Origin: Phyllobates terribilis
Lineage: Eukaryota
DNA length: 64,000 nucleotides
Assembly: GCF_046119375.1 (NCBI RefSeq)
Contig: NW_027362763.1
Span: forward strand, 740,032,001 to 740,096,000
Direction: 5' to 3'
Below the pieces are notes generated by a model. It was given only the letters and a program-made list of their open reading frames with translations. It ran no database searches and was not told the DNA's origin. Positions within the stretch are counted from its first letter, which is position 1, and each line of letters starts with the position of its first letter. Below, piece after piece: positions 13,491 through 23,229 of this stretch. A program made the position numbers and the translations under genes.

Positions 13491-14172
13491 GGCAGCATCG
13501 TGGCTCAGTGGTTAGCACTGTATCATGTATGGGACAGCACGGTGGCTCAGTGGTTAGCACTGTATCATGGATAGGGCAGCATGGTGGCTCAGTGGTTAGC
13601 ACTGTATCAGGGATAGGGCAGCACGGTGGCTCAGTGGTTAGCACTGTATAATGGATAGGGCAGCACGGTGGCTCAGTGGTTAGCACTATATCATGGATAG
13701 GGCAGCACGATGTCTCAGTGGTTAGCACTGTCTCATGGATAGGGCAGCATGGTGGCTCAGTGGTTAGCATTTTATCATGTATAGAGCAACATGATGGCTC
13801 AGTGGTTAGCACTGTATCATGTATAGAGCAACATGATGACTCAGTGGTTAGCACTGTATTATGTATAGAGCAATATGATGGCTCAGTGGTTAGCACTGTA
13901 CTATGTATAGGGCAACACGGTGGCTCAGTGGTTAGCACTGTTACTTTGCAGCGCTGGGGTCCTGGGTTTAAATCCCACAAAGGACAACATCTGCAAGGAG
14001 TTTGTATGTTCTCCCCGTGTTTGTGTGGGTTTCCTCCGGTTTCCTCCCACACTCCAAAGACATACTGATAGGGAATCTAGATTGTGAGCCCCAATGGGGA
14101 AAGTGATGATGATGTCTGTAAAGCGCTGTGGAATTAATGGCGCTATATAAGTGAATAAAATAAATAAATAAA
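13491..14172 (+). mobile_element. tRNA-headed SINE with tandemly amplified 5' head
   Basis: Eleven 42-bp units containing the A box TGGCTCAGTGG (13491-13930), then one SINE body with a B-box-like GGTTTAAATCCC, the conserved core (gagtttgtatgttctccccgtg...ctccggtttcctcccaca) and an A-rich tail (aataaaataaataaataaaa). Confidence 0.88.
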
Positions 14173-14619
14173 ATGTGTGGGTGCCAGAGGTTGTCCTCTG
14201 CCAGGACACGGCTGTACAGGTCATGGAGCAAAAAGCCTTAGTTACTTACCGGTAACGGGATTTTTCGGAGCCCATGGCAGCACCACGTGAGAGAGAGGAT
14301 CCGCCCATCAAGGACAGGAAACCTACAGGTTAAAAAGGGCGGCCCTCTCCTCCCGCCTCAGTTTAGTTAACAGAGCATGAGAGTACCGCCAAGGTTAGTT
14401 ATGACAAAACATAATCACATTAAGTACATTACTTTTCATCAATTTCCCGCAAGGGTGCACAAAAAGAAATCAAATCTACAGGAGTGCACAACACCAGTGA
14501 AGGGAGGGAATATAAAGGTGCTGTCATGGGCTCCGAAAAATCCCGTTACCGGTAAGTAACTAAGGCTTTATTCAGTCTCCCATGACAGCACCACGAGAGA
14601 ATTACAGAGACGAAGGAAA

Positions 14620-16050
14620 TTAGGGAGGGACCACAGCTTGAAGCACCCTTCTCCCGAAAGTGAGATCTGCAGTGCCACCCAGATCCAATCTATAGTGCCT
14701 ATAGAAAGTAGAGGGAGAAGACCAAGTGGCAGCCTTACAAATTTCCTCAATGGAAAGCCCGGTCTTCTCCGCCCAGGAGGTTGATACCGCTCTGGTAGAA
14801 TGCGCCCTCAATCCCTCCGGTATCTCTTTATCCCCTGAGGAGTATGTGAGGGAAATGGCCTCCTTGATCCATCTAGCGATTGTAGCCTTTGAGGCCTTAC
14901 AACCCTTTCTAGCCCCCTGATAGCATATAAATATGGACTTATCTTTTCTAAAGCCATGTGATACTTCTAAGTACTTTAGTACGCACCTCCTAACGTCTAA
15001 AGTGTGAAGTCTCTTCTCTTTTTGATTTTTGGGCGGAAAGCAAAAAGTTGGGAGAACTATTTCCTGGGTTCTATGGAATCGAGTGGCCACTTTAGGAAGA
15101 AAGGCTGGATCAGGTTTTAATATAATCCTATCGTCCAGACTTTGCGTAAATGGAGGGCATATTGAAAGGGCCTGTAGGTCACTGACTCTCCTGGCTGAAG
15201 TTAGGGCTACTAACAGGACCGTCTTTAGGAAAATAATTTTGGGGGAGACTAAATCTAGTGGCTCAAAAGGAGGACTGGTCAAGGCATCTAAGACAAAATT
15301 CAAATCCCAGGGAGACATCTTTACTTTGGTAATGGGTCTACACCTAAAGGAAGCTTTTAAAAAACGGGCTATCCAATAGTTATCTGCAATATTGGAAGAA
15401 AATAAAGCTCCCAACGCCGACACCTGTACTTTCAAGGTACTGGTAGTGAGACCTAATTCTAAGCCCCGCTGCAGAAATTCCAGAATTTTCCCAATAGGGG
15501 GCCGCTCCTCCACCTTAACTTCTGCAAAGGACAGAAACTTCCTCCAGGTCCTGGCATAAATACGGGTGGTAACAGGTTTTCTGCTAGCCAGGAGAGTATT
15601 CACTACATTTGCGGGGAATCCTTTGTTGGTCAATAACACCCTCTCAAATTCCACGCCGTCAAATGTAGACTCGGGGTTGGAGGATGGGAAAGTGGCCCTT
15701 GAGTGAGGAGGTCCGGAATCTCCGGAAGAACCCAAGGATCTGATATGGACATCTTCCGGAGACAAGGGAACCACGGTCTTTTGGGCCAAAAGGGACAAAT
15801 GAGTATCACTCTGGCCCGGTCTGCCCTGATCTTTCTTATCACCGCTGGGAGCAGGACCATGGGATGGAAGGCATATGCCAGAGGAAATCTCCAGGGAACC
15901 ATGAAGGCGTCCACTGCCAGGGGTCCTTCTCTGGGGTCTAAGGAACAAAAATTTTCCACTTTCCGATTGGCTCTTGTTGCGAATAAGTCCACAGCCGGAA
16001 GGCCCCACATTTCTACGATTCTGGAGAATATTTGTGTATTTAGGGACCAC
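14620..16050 (-). CDS. DIRS tyrosine recombinase (start uncertain; 5' part overlaps pol in another frame)
   Basis: Uninterrupted ORF with ALTSARRVSDL (Arg), HTLDVRR, RAHSTRAVSTSW (His-x-x-Arg), AATWSS and FYRHYRLD (catalytic Tyr). Confidence 0.93.
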   Translation of the reverse strand: MVPKYTNILQNRRNVGPSGCGLIRNKSQSESGKFLFLRPQRRTPGSGRLHGSLEISSGICLPSHGPAPSGDKKDQGRPGQSDTHLSLLAQKTVVPLSPEDVHIRSLGSSGDSGPPHSRATFPSSNPESTFDGVEFERVLLTNKGFPANVVNTLLASRKPVTTRIYARTWRKFLSFAEVKVEERPPIGKILEFLQRGLELGLTTSTLKVQVSALGALFSSNIADNYWIARFLKASFRCRPITKVKMSPWDLNFVLDALTSPPFEPLDLVSPKIIFLKTVLLVALTSARRVSDLQALSICPPFTQSLDDRIILKPDPAFLPKVATRFHRTQEIVLPTFCFPPKNQKEKRLHTLDVRRCVLKYLEVSHGFRKDKSIFICYQGARKGCKASKATIARWIKEAISLTYSSGDKEIPEGLRAHSTRAVSTSWAEKTGLSIEEICKAATWSSPSTFYRHYRLDLGGTADLTFGRRVLQAVVPP

Positions 16051-18635
16051 TCTCCCTCTTTTACAGAAGTACGGCTGAGGAAATCCGCTGTGATGTTTTC
16101 CTTGCCTTTTAGATGAGTAGCCGAAAGAGAGAGACAGTGATCTTCGGCTTTCAGCAGAAGTGCGTTCGCTACCCTCATCAAGTTTCTTGAGCGGGTTCCC
16201 CCTTGGTGGTTTATGTAAGCTACCGTGACTCGATTGTCCGAGAGTACACGGACATGCTGGTCCTGAAAATATATAAGGAACTCGTTGAACACATGCTGCA
16301 CCGCCAGAAGCTCCTTAACATTTGATGACAACTGTTGCTCACTGCTTGACCAGGTTCCCTGCACTAATTTCCCTTCAAAGTGAGCTCCCCAACCTGTAGC
16401 ACTTGCATCAGTGGACAAGACTGCAGTTGGACTACATTCCCAGGGAACCCCTTTAGCAAGATTGTCTTGTCGTAACCACCAACGAAGGGACCATATGGCA
16501 CGAGGACCTAGCGTAAACTTACGGTCTAGATGCCCCTCTAAAGCTGCGTTATTGTACAACACATCCCACTGAAAGGCTCTTGAATGCAATTGTGACCAAC
16601 GAACCGCAGGAAAAGTGGAGGTGAAGGTTCCCAATAGTGACATGGCCTTACGGAGTGACATAGAAGGTTTACGTATACATTGTTCTACCAACTCCCGGAT
16701 TCTATCAATTTTCTCTTCTGGAAGACAACATAGCTGTTTCCTGGAATCTAATATGACCCCCAGATATTGTTGTACCTTGAGTGGAGATAGTCTAGACTTT
16801 TCTAAATTTAGAAACCACCCCAAACTCTTTAAGACCAACATGGTATCCTGCAGGTGGGTCTCGCACTGAACCAACGAATTCCCCACTATCAGGAGATCAT
16901 CCAGGTAAGGGATAATTAGAATGTCCCTTTCTCTTATATGGGCCATAACTTCCGCCATTACTTTAGTAAAAACCCGTGGGGCTATAGCTAAACCGAAGGG
17001 GAGTGCAGTGTATTGGAAGTGTTTAACCACCCCGTCTATTTCAATGACCAGCCTCAAGTATTTCTGGTAATCACTATGAATTGGGATATGGTAATACGCA
17101 TCTTTGAGATCGAGCACTACCATGTAGCAGTGGGGAAAAAGTAACTTTATTACGGATTTTAAAGACTCCATTTTAAAGGTGTGTATTTTAAGGAAATTAT
17201 TCAGGGATTTCAGATTTATAATTGTCCTGAAACTTCCATCCGGTTTCGGAATCAAGAAGAGCAGGGAGTAGAAACCGAGACCCTTTTCAGCCTCCGGAAC
17301 CTCAATAAGGACGTGCTTTCTTATTATTAGGGTTTGTACTTCCGAAACGAGGGCAGCCTGGCGTTCTGGGGAAGAACTGGAGGGAACAACCATGAACCTT
17401 TTGTGAGGCAATGCTTTAAATTTAAATTTAAGACCATACTTAATCAGGCTCAAAATCCAATTACTATGAGAAATCTGTTCCCAAGCTGGGACAAAAAATG
17501 ACAATCTCCCTCCCACCTGGGCTGATTGTGTATCCCCTGGCTTCTGCTCAATTTTTGGAGACGGACCAAAGAGTAGACCTCTACCTTTTCGACCTCTTTC
17601 ATCAGACTTGTCTTGCTCCCTGAAATATCTCTTCCGGAAAAATTTCCTCTTCCGGAACGATCTCTTAAAGGAGGGTAGAGGTACTGATGGAAACCCCTTA
17701 TTAGGGTCCCCCGCTTTCTCCAATAAGTCGTCCATGGTCTGACCAAAGAGGTATTCCCCTTCACACGAGATTGTACACAGTCTGGACTTAGTCTGTAAAT
17801 CCCCTGGCCAGCTTTTAATCCACAAGGCTCGCCGAGCCGCATTTGACAGTGCTGCTGACTTTGCTGCCAACCTCACCGAGTCCACAGATGCATCAGCAAG
17901 AAAAGCTGCCGCCCCCTGAACCAGTGGAAGGGAAGAAATAATGTCTTTCCTAGAAGTCCCATCCTTCAACTGACTGTCTAGCTGTTCAAGCCACACCATC
18001 AGGGCTCTGGACGTGCAGGTAGCTGCTACTGTTGGTCTCAGTGCTCCCGCAGCTGTCTCCCATGCCCCTTTCAGGAAAGTATCAGCCCATCTGTCTAGGG
18101 GATCTCTCAATGCACCCATATCATCGAACGGGAGGGAAGTTCTTTTCGCTGCTTTGGTAACAGCAACATCCAGCTTGGGTGCTTTTAACCAGGAGGAACA
18201 CATAGCATCCTCAAACGGATATTTCCTTTTAAAGGATGGAGGAACACTACCCTTCTTGTCAGGCTTTCTCCACTCCTTATAAATGAGGTCTTTCACCTTT
18301 GAATTTACTGGAAAGACCCTTCTCTTCTTTAGCCCCAGACCACCAAACATAACATCCTCAGCTGACTTCTCTACGCTCGAGTCCACTATCCCCATTGTAG
18401 ATCGGACGGCTTTTACTAGGGCATCGACCTCCTTCAGGGGGAAGCACTGTCTATCTAGCTCACTATCAGAGGAAGAGAAGGCGGAGGAGGAAGCGACCGA
18501 TAGCTCAGAGTCTGAATCCAGCTGGGTTTCTTGAGGAATATGCCCAGACTCTGAACCTTGCAATGCTTTGCCTATTTCTTCCCTTATTAAAGTTCTTAGG
18601 CCTAGGAAAAAATCTGGGGTCTCCTCCGATATCAT
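15630..18635 (-). CDS. DIRS gag-like plus reverse transcriptase/RNase H/methyltransferase-like polyprotein (one 1001-aa frame)
   Basis: Gag-like N-terminal part (FPVN...KEWRKPDKK, LRDPLDR, LFGQTMDDLL); RT motifs LDLKDAYYHIPI, LPFGL, PYLDDLL; RNase H motifs TDASATGWGA, NVKELLAV, SDNRVTVAYINHQGG; DIRS MT-like motifs VDLFAT and YAFHP. Confidence 0.92.
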   Translation of the reverse strand: MISEETPDFFLGLRTLIREEIGKALQGSESGHIPQETQLDSDSELSVASSSAFSSSDSELDRQCFPLKEVDALVKAVRSTMGIVDSSVEKSAEDVMFGGLGLKKRRVFPVNSKVKDLIYKEWRKPDKKGSVPPSFKRKYPFEDAMCSSWLKAPKLDVAVTKAAKRTSLPFDDMGALRDPLDRWADTFLKGAWETAAGALRPTVAATCTSRALMVWLEQLDSQLKDGTSRKDIISSLPLVQGAAAFLADASVDSVRLAAKSAALSNAARRALWIKSWPGDLQTKSRLCTISCEGEYLFGQTMDDLLEKAGDPNKGFPSVPLPSFKRSFRKRKFFRKRYFREQDKSDERGRKGRGLLFGPSPKIEQKPGDTQSAQVGGRLSFFVPAWEQISHSNWILSLIKYGLKFKFKALPHKRFMVVPSSSSPERQAALVSEVQTLIIRKHVLIEVPEAEKGLGFYSLLFLIPKPDGSFRTIINLKSLNNFLKIHTFKMESLKSVIKLLFPHCYMVVLDLKDAYYHIPIHSDYQKYLRLVIEIDGVVKHFQYTALPFGLAIAPRVFTKVMAEVMAHIRERDILIIPYLDDLLIVGNSLVQCETHLQDTMLVLKSLGWFLNLEKSRLSPLKVQQYLGVILDSRKQLCCLPEEKIDRIRELVEQCIRKPSMSLRKAMSLLGTFTSTFPAVRWSQLHSRAFQWDVLYNNAALEGHLDRKFTLGPRAIWSLRWWLRQDNLAKGVPWECSPTAVLSTDASATGWGAHFEGKLVQGTWSSSEQQLSSNVKELLAVQHVFNEFLIYFQDQHVRVLSDNRVTVAYINHQGGTRSRNLMRVANALLLKAEDHCLSLSATHLKGKENITADFLSRTSVKEGEWSLNTQIFSRIVEMWGLPAVDLFATRANRKVENFCSLDPREGPLAVDAFMVPWRFPLAYAFHPMVLLPAVIRKIRADRARVILICPFWPKRPWFPCLRKMSISDPWVLPEIPDLLTQGPLSHPPTPSLHLTAWNLRGCY

Positions 18636-19732
18636 TTTGCTGATACAAAGCTGGCATAACCTCTTGCTATATGAATCAGGGTGTGGACAGCTGCATAAGG
18701 CACACTCTCTGTGCTTGGACTTTTAGGAACATTTCTTGCTCTAAAAGAAAGTCATAGATAGAAAGAAGGAGGAAACATTAGTAGAACATTCACGAAGATT
18801 CCACTCACCCCACAGAACCTTCGGTACCGTAGAAGCAGAAGAATACAACATGCTTGGCGGGGAATCACACCGCACCGGACCGTCCTTCCTGCTCTTAGTG
18901 GTAGCTTTTCTAGCTGTACGACCAGACCCTAGCAGGGAATGGCGCTGCGCCACTAGTTGTGAGGGCTCCCCAGAGGGCTGCTCCTGCAGCAGATGTTGTT
19001 GCCTAGGTGACAGCTCCTGTGAATCTCCCATAGCTTACAATGTAAGAATGGGCTGGGAAGCACCTCTGTATGTTACCAGACCCTTTATATACTGGCCATA
19101 CCGGTACCATGTGTGGGTGTGTGTTTTCTTTTTTTTTTTTTTTTTAACCCAGGAGGGCGTTACCTGCTCCTTGGTCTTCCTCCCCAGGCCCAGGTGGGAT
19201 CCAGGTGGGCTCCTCGCCGCCAGGTCCTCAATCCCCCGGCGTTCAGCTGCTCACGCCAAAAATTCAAACGAGCCCCGCCCCTTCCGGTGACGTCACAGGG
19301 CTTCCTGCCCGGCGCACCGGAAGTTACGTCAGAAGGTTGCACCCGTCACGTGCGCCGCCGGCGCGACCTGGATCTCCTGCAAGCTGTAGCGAGGGGGGGG
19401 GAGGAAGCCCGCTAGCGGCCCCACACCTGGCGGACATCTACCTCCCGTGAGGCGATGTCGCGCCCGCCGCAACGCTCACGGAGGCGCCCCCATGAGCCCT
19501 GCCGTGGCGTCTCCAGAGGAACGGGACGGACCGGCTCCAACCACCTGCTGTGGCCCTCTCTGGGACAGGAGTCAATCTTCTGCAGGTAAGCCTGCAAGGT
19601 CCCCCATCATGGACAGGAAACCTAAACTGAGGCGGGAAGAGAGGGTCGCCCTTTTTAACCTGTAGGTTTCCTGTCCTTGATGGGCGGATCCTCTCTCTCA
19701 CGTGGTGCAGTCATGGGCGACCGAATAAATAA

Positions 19733-20139
19733 GGCTATGTTCGCACATGTTGGGTTTTTCAGCGTCTCAAATCTGCAGCAAAACCCAATCTCAGGTTTAG
19801 CTGCATTTTTTTTCACTGTCCTTCTGTCTCTATTTATGCTTGTACATAAAGTTCTGTGAAAAAAAAAAGAACCCCATTCTATTTTGCCATCAAAAACGCT
19901 GATGCAAATTTTGGTGCGCTTTTGATATCACCCATTACTTCCTATATGTGAAAAAAGTGACATGCTATATTTTCCAAAAATCCAACCAAGGCACAAAATA
20001 CGCAACAAAAAAACATGATGTGTGAACAGAGAATTCTGTTTTTTTATGGACTTTGCTGGTACTGAAAAACGCAGCTGAAAATTTGCATAAAAATCTGCAG
20101 CAAAAAACCCTGAAAAACACAACATGTGTGAACATAGCC
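19733..20139. mobile_element. TWA-flanked MITE abutting the DIRS end
   Basis: TAA TSD; ggctatgttcgcacatg / catgtgtgaacatagcc termini. Confidence 0.75.
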
Positions 20140-21224
20140 TAAGGATGCCGTCTTATAAGTAATCTAGTGGTAGTGTGCTATCGCTGAGGTCAAGCTCTGA
20201 AGCCACAAGGGCATAGGGCACATGTCAATACACCAAGGGGGCGTCCGCACAACCCCAAGGCACCTCCAGGCTAATCTGTATAGGGCTTCAGTTCTTGATC
20301 TCCACACGTCAGCCCCAGTCCTGACAGCTCCATTTCTGGCTTGGGAACTGCAAAGGAAAGAGTCCCTGTGTCTGCACATGACTAGTGCTGAGTGTGAAGG
20401 GGGCTGGCTGATTGGCTGATTTCAATAATTAAAGCACCACTCCAGCGTTATTGTTTTTTTTCTGGAGTGGCGCCTTAAATGTAAGCCCCCTGTCCCCGTT
20501 CTTATTTCCACCTTCACCTTTTACCGATGCCGATCAGGTCCTGAGGCCATCTTGTACCCGTAACTTCTGTCTGGCTACTTCACACACCCTCAATACAAGT
20601 CTATGAGGGACAACAGAAGGAGGCTCTCATAGACTTGTATTGAAAAGTGACCTCCGCGCTGATCCATGAAACACTGGAGCTGCAGACAGGTCAAGTTTCG
20701 CACAGAGACCGACCGAAGAGACAGGAAAACAAATGAAGGCGGCTGCAGATGAGTATGCAGTTTTCTGTAACTTATTCTTGAAAGGCCTAAAGTGGAGAAA
20801 TAAAACTAAAAGCAATACCTAGACTCATTTACCATACCTGCGCAGCTCCTTCACACTAGCTTCAGTGTCTCAGCCGCCAGAGGGGACATTACATGACTGC
20901 TGCAGCCAATCAGTGACCACTGATGGAATGTGAAGGCATGATCTGCTCTGATGCAATGTGAGGGCGACACTGGCCTCGTAGGCGAGTATAGGGGGATTTT
21001 TTTTTTACCCCTCCTTAGGGCCATTGAATATAACTTTTACAAAACGGAAAAAGCCCTTAAAAGACATACAACCCTGATCATATCTGAATTGTGGCATCTG
21101 TCTAAATGGACAGCCCCTGATGAGGCTATCATTTGGCGATACGTGTGGGGATTGTCTTCCCACATGAATCATGCTGGAACGATCTCTTTCACCTGGAGGT
21201 TATTTCAGATAGCACTTTCTCTTA

Positions 21225-22092
21225 GGCTGCGTGCCCACTATGCGTTTTTCAAGCGTTTTTGCTGAGGAATTTCCGCAGCAAAAACGCTTAAAAAACGCTT
21301 GGAAATACGTGCCCCATGGTCCCCAATGATAATCTGCATGTGCTGTGCACATGCTGCGGAAATTTCCGCTGCGGATTATCATTGCAGAAAAATATGCATG
21401 TCCATTAATTTTGCGGACACGCAGCGTTTTCGCCGCCATTGACTTGCATTGGACAGCGTGACATCCGCATCACAACATCTGCACAAGCGGATATCACACG
21501 GTTCAATGTGCGGATGGTACCCAGGTCTGGAGAAGAGGAGACTCTCATCCAGACCTGGGTACCATAGAAACTGTAAAAAAAAAGAATTTAAAATAAAAAA
21601 TAAAGATTATACTTACCTTCCGATGTCCTCCCGGTGTTTTCTCCCCTCCGTCTGGCCTGCTGTTTGGGTGTTGTGAAGGACCTGCCATGAAGTCATTGAG
21701 TCATGTGACCTGTCACATGACTCAATGGCGTCACCGCAGGTCCTTCACACAACCGCGAGCCGCCCAAGACACCGGACGCAGCAGAGAAAACGCCGGGAGG
21801 ACATCGGAAGGTAAGTATAATCTTTTTTTTTTTTTTTTTTTTTAAACTAACTTGGTCACACCACTATAAATCCATGCCGGTTGAATGGATTTATATAGTG
21901 TGAACAAGTTGTCATGCGCTTTTCCAAGTGATGCTAAAATCGCTTGATAACCCGCATGCAGAAATGCATGCAAAAATGCTTGACAAATGCTTCTACCTGG
22001 CGGGAAAAACGCATGTAAAATCCGCATGCGTTTTTCCTGCCAGGGAGAAGCGGAAAAAATATGCAGCATTTCAGCATCGTGGGCACATAGCC
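21225..22092. mobile_element. MITE, about 850-bp TWA-flanked family
   Basis: TTA TSD; internal hairpins ggtacccaggtctgga...tccagacctgggtacc and gagtcatgtgacctgtcacatgactc. A further GGCT-starting element follows directly at 22096. Confidence 0.8.
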
Positions 22093-23229
22093 TTAGGCTC
22101 AGGTCACAAGACCGACTTTCTCTCATCTGAGAATATCAGTCCAATCATACAAATTACACTCTGACCAGAGTCTGATCCAATTTTCTCGGATGTGGAGAAT
22201 ATAAAAAAAAAAAATCTCCATTTTCTCCATGCAGTGTGGCCGTGAAAATTAGAGTGCACTCAGATGTCTTACTTGTGTGGTCCAATGTTTTCCAGGGCCC
22301 CAAACACCTGAATGGACGAGTGCGATCCGATGGTTAGATGTAAATCGGGCATGCGGCAATCTTTTTCCTCGGACCTACTCTGTCTGAGGAAAACAACCGG
22401 ACGTGTACACGACCCCATAGAATAACATGGGGACGAGTGCGATCCATCAAAATGACGATAAGCGCTCATCCGATTAATAGTCGTCTGCACAAGCTCTTAT
22501 GTATAACTTTGGATCTGCAGCGGTCTTGCTATTTCACACCACATTATGTATGGGGGGGGCTGGTTTTTGGTCTTTCCATACATTCCTGCTCCCTATTCTG
22601 GCCCCTTATATGGGGGGTTCACAGCCAACACCGGCTGGGACAAACACCAAAGAACCAGATGTGGCTCCAACACCGATGTGAGAAAAGCCCAAATCCCATT
22701 GGTTTCAGCCCATACCCCCTCCTGCACCATCTTCACGGAGATCGCAGGACAGCGATGCTCCAATACGGGCGCCGACAAGAAAAGTTTCAAAAATAAATGA
22801 TAAATATCTACAACATTTACAACAAAAAGACACAGCAGACCCAATAATTACTCATCTGCTCCATTCCCCGCCAACACTCTGCCACTATCCGTTTACTTCC
22901 CGGCAGTGATAACATCACATACATCCATGTGACCGTTGCAGCAAATCATAATCCTCCTGGGTGATGCTTGTCTGCATTGCATGAGACCACTGAGGCCAGT
23001 GATTGGCTGCAGCGGTCACATGAGGCCAGTGATTAGCTGCAGTGGTCACGTGGATGTATGTGATGTCATTGCTGCGCAGAGTATTGGCTATTATTTTTTT
23101 TTCAGACTTCTAGGTCCAACACAACCCCTTCCATGACACGGATCACACTGCGGCCCCAGAGAGATTACAGACACAGCTCTGCTACATATAACAGTGCACA
23201 TACGCGCATTCTGGTGTAATTCTGTGCCA

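Larger units (their letters stand above)
14232..19729 (-). mobile_element. Full-length DIRS1-like tyrosine-recombinase retrotransposon
   Basis: 96-bp inverted terminal repeats (14271-14366 and 19622-19717, about 4 mismatches), 3' extension 14232-14270, and an internal complementary region 14517-14600 that is the reverse complement of both termini joined at ttt/aaa. AAA at both genomic ends, no TSD. Encodes gag, RT-RNaseH-MT and YR. Confidence 0.96.

Noticed and set aside
13491-13930. CRISPR-like array, tRNA gene cluster or the 219-aa TTEPPCC-repeat ORF
   Set aside because: Eukaryotic context and no unique spacers. Units contain only the 5' half of a tRNA-like head and run into a SINE body, with no cloverleaf; the ORF is antisense repeat translation.
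14726-18534. Plus-strand ORFs within the DIRS element
   Set aside because: Antisense shadows of the long minus-strand ORFs, with no motifs.
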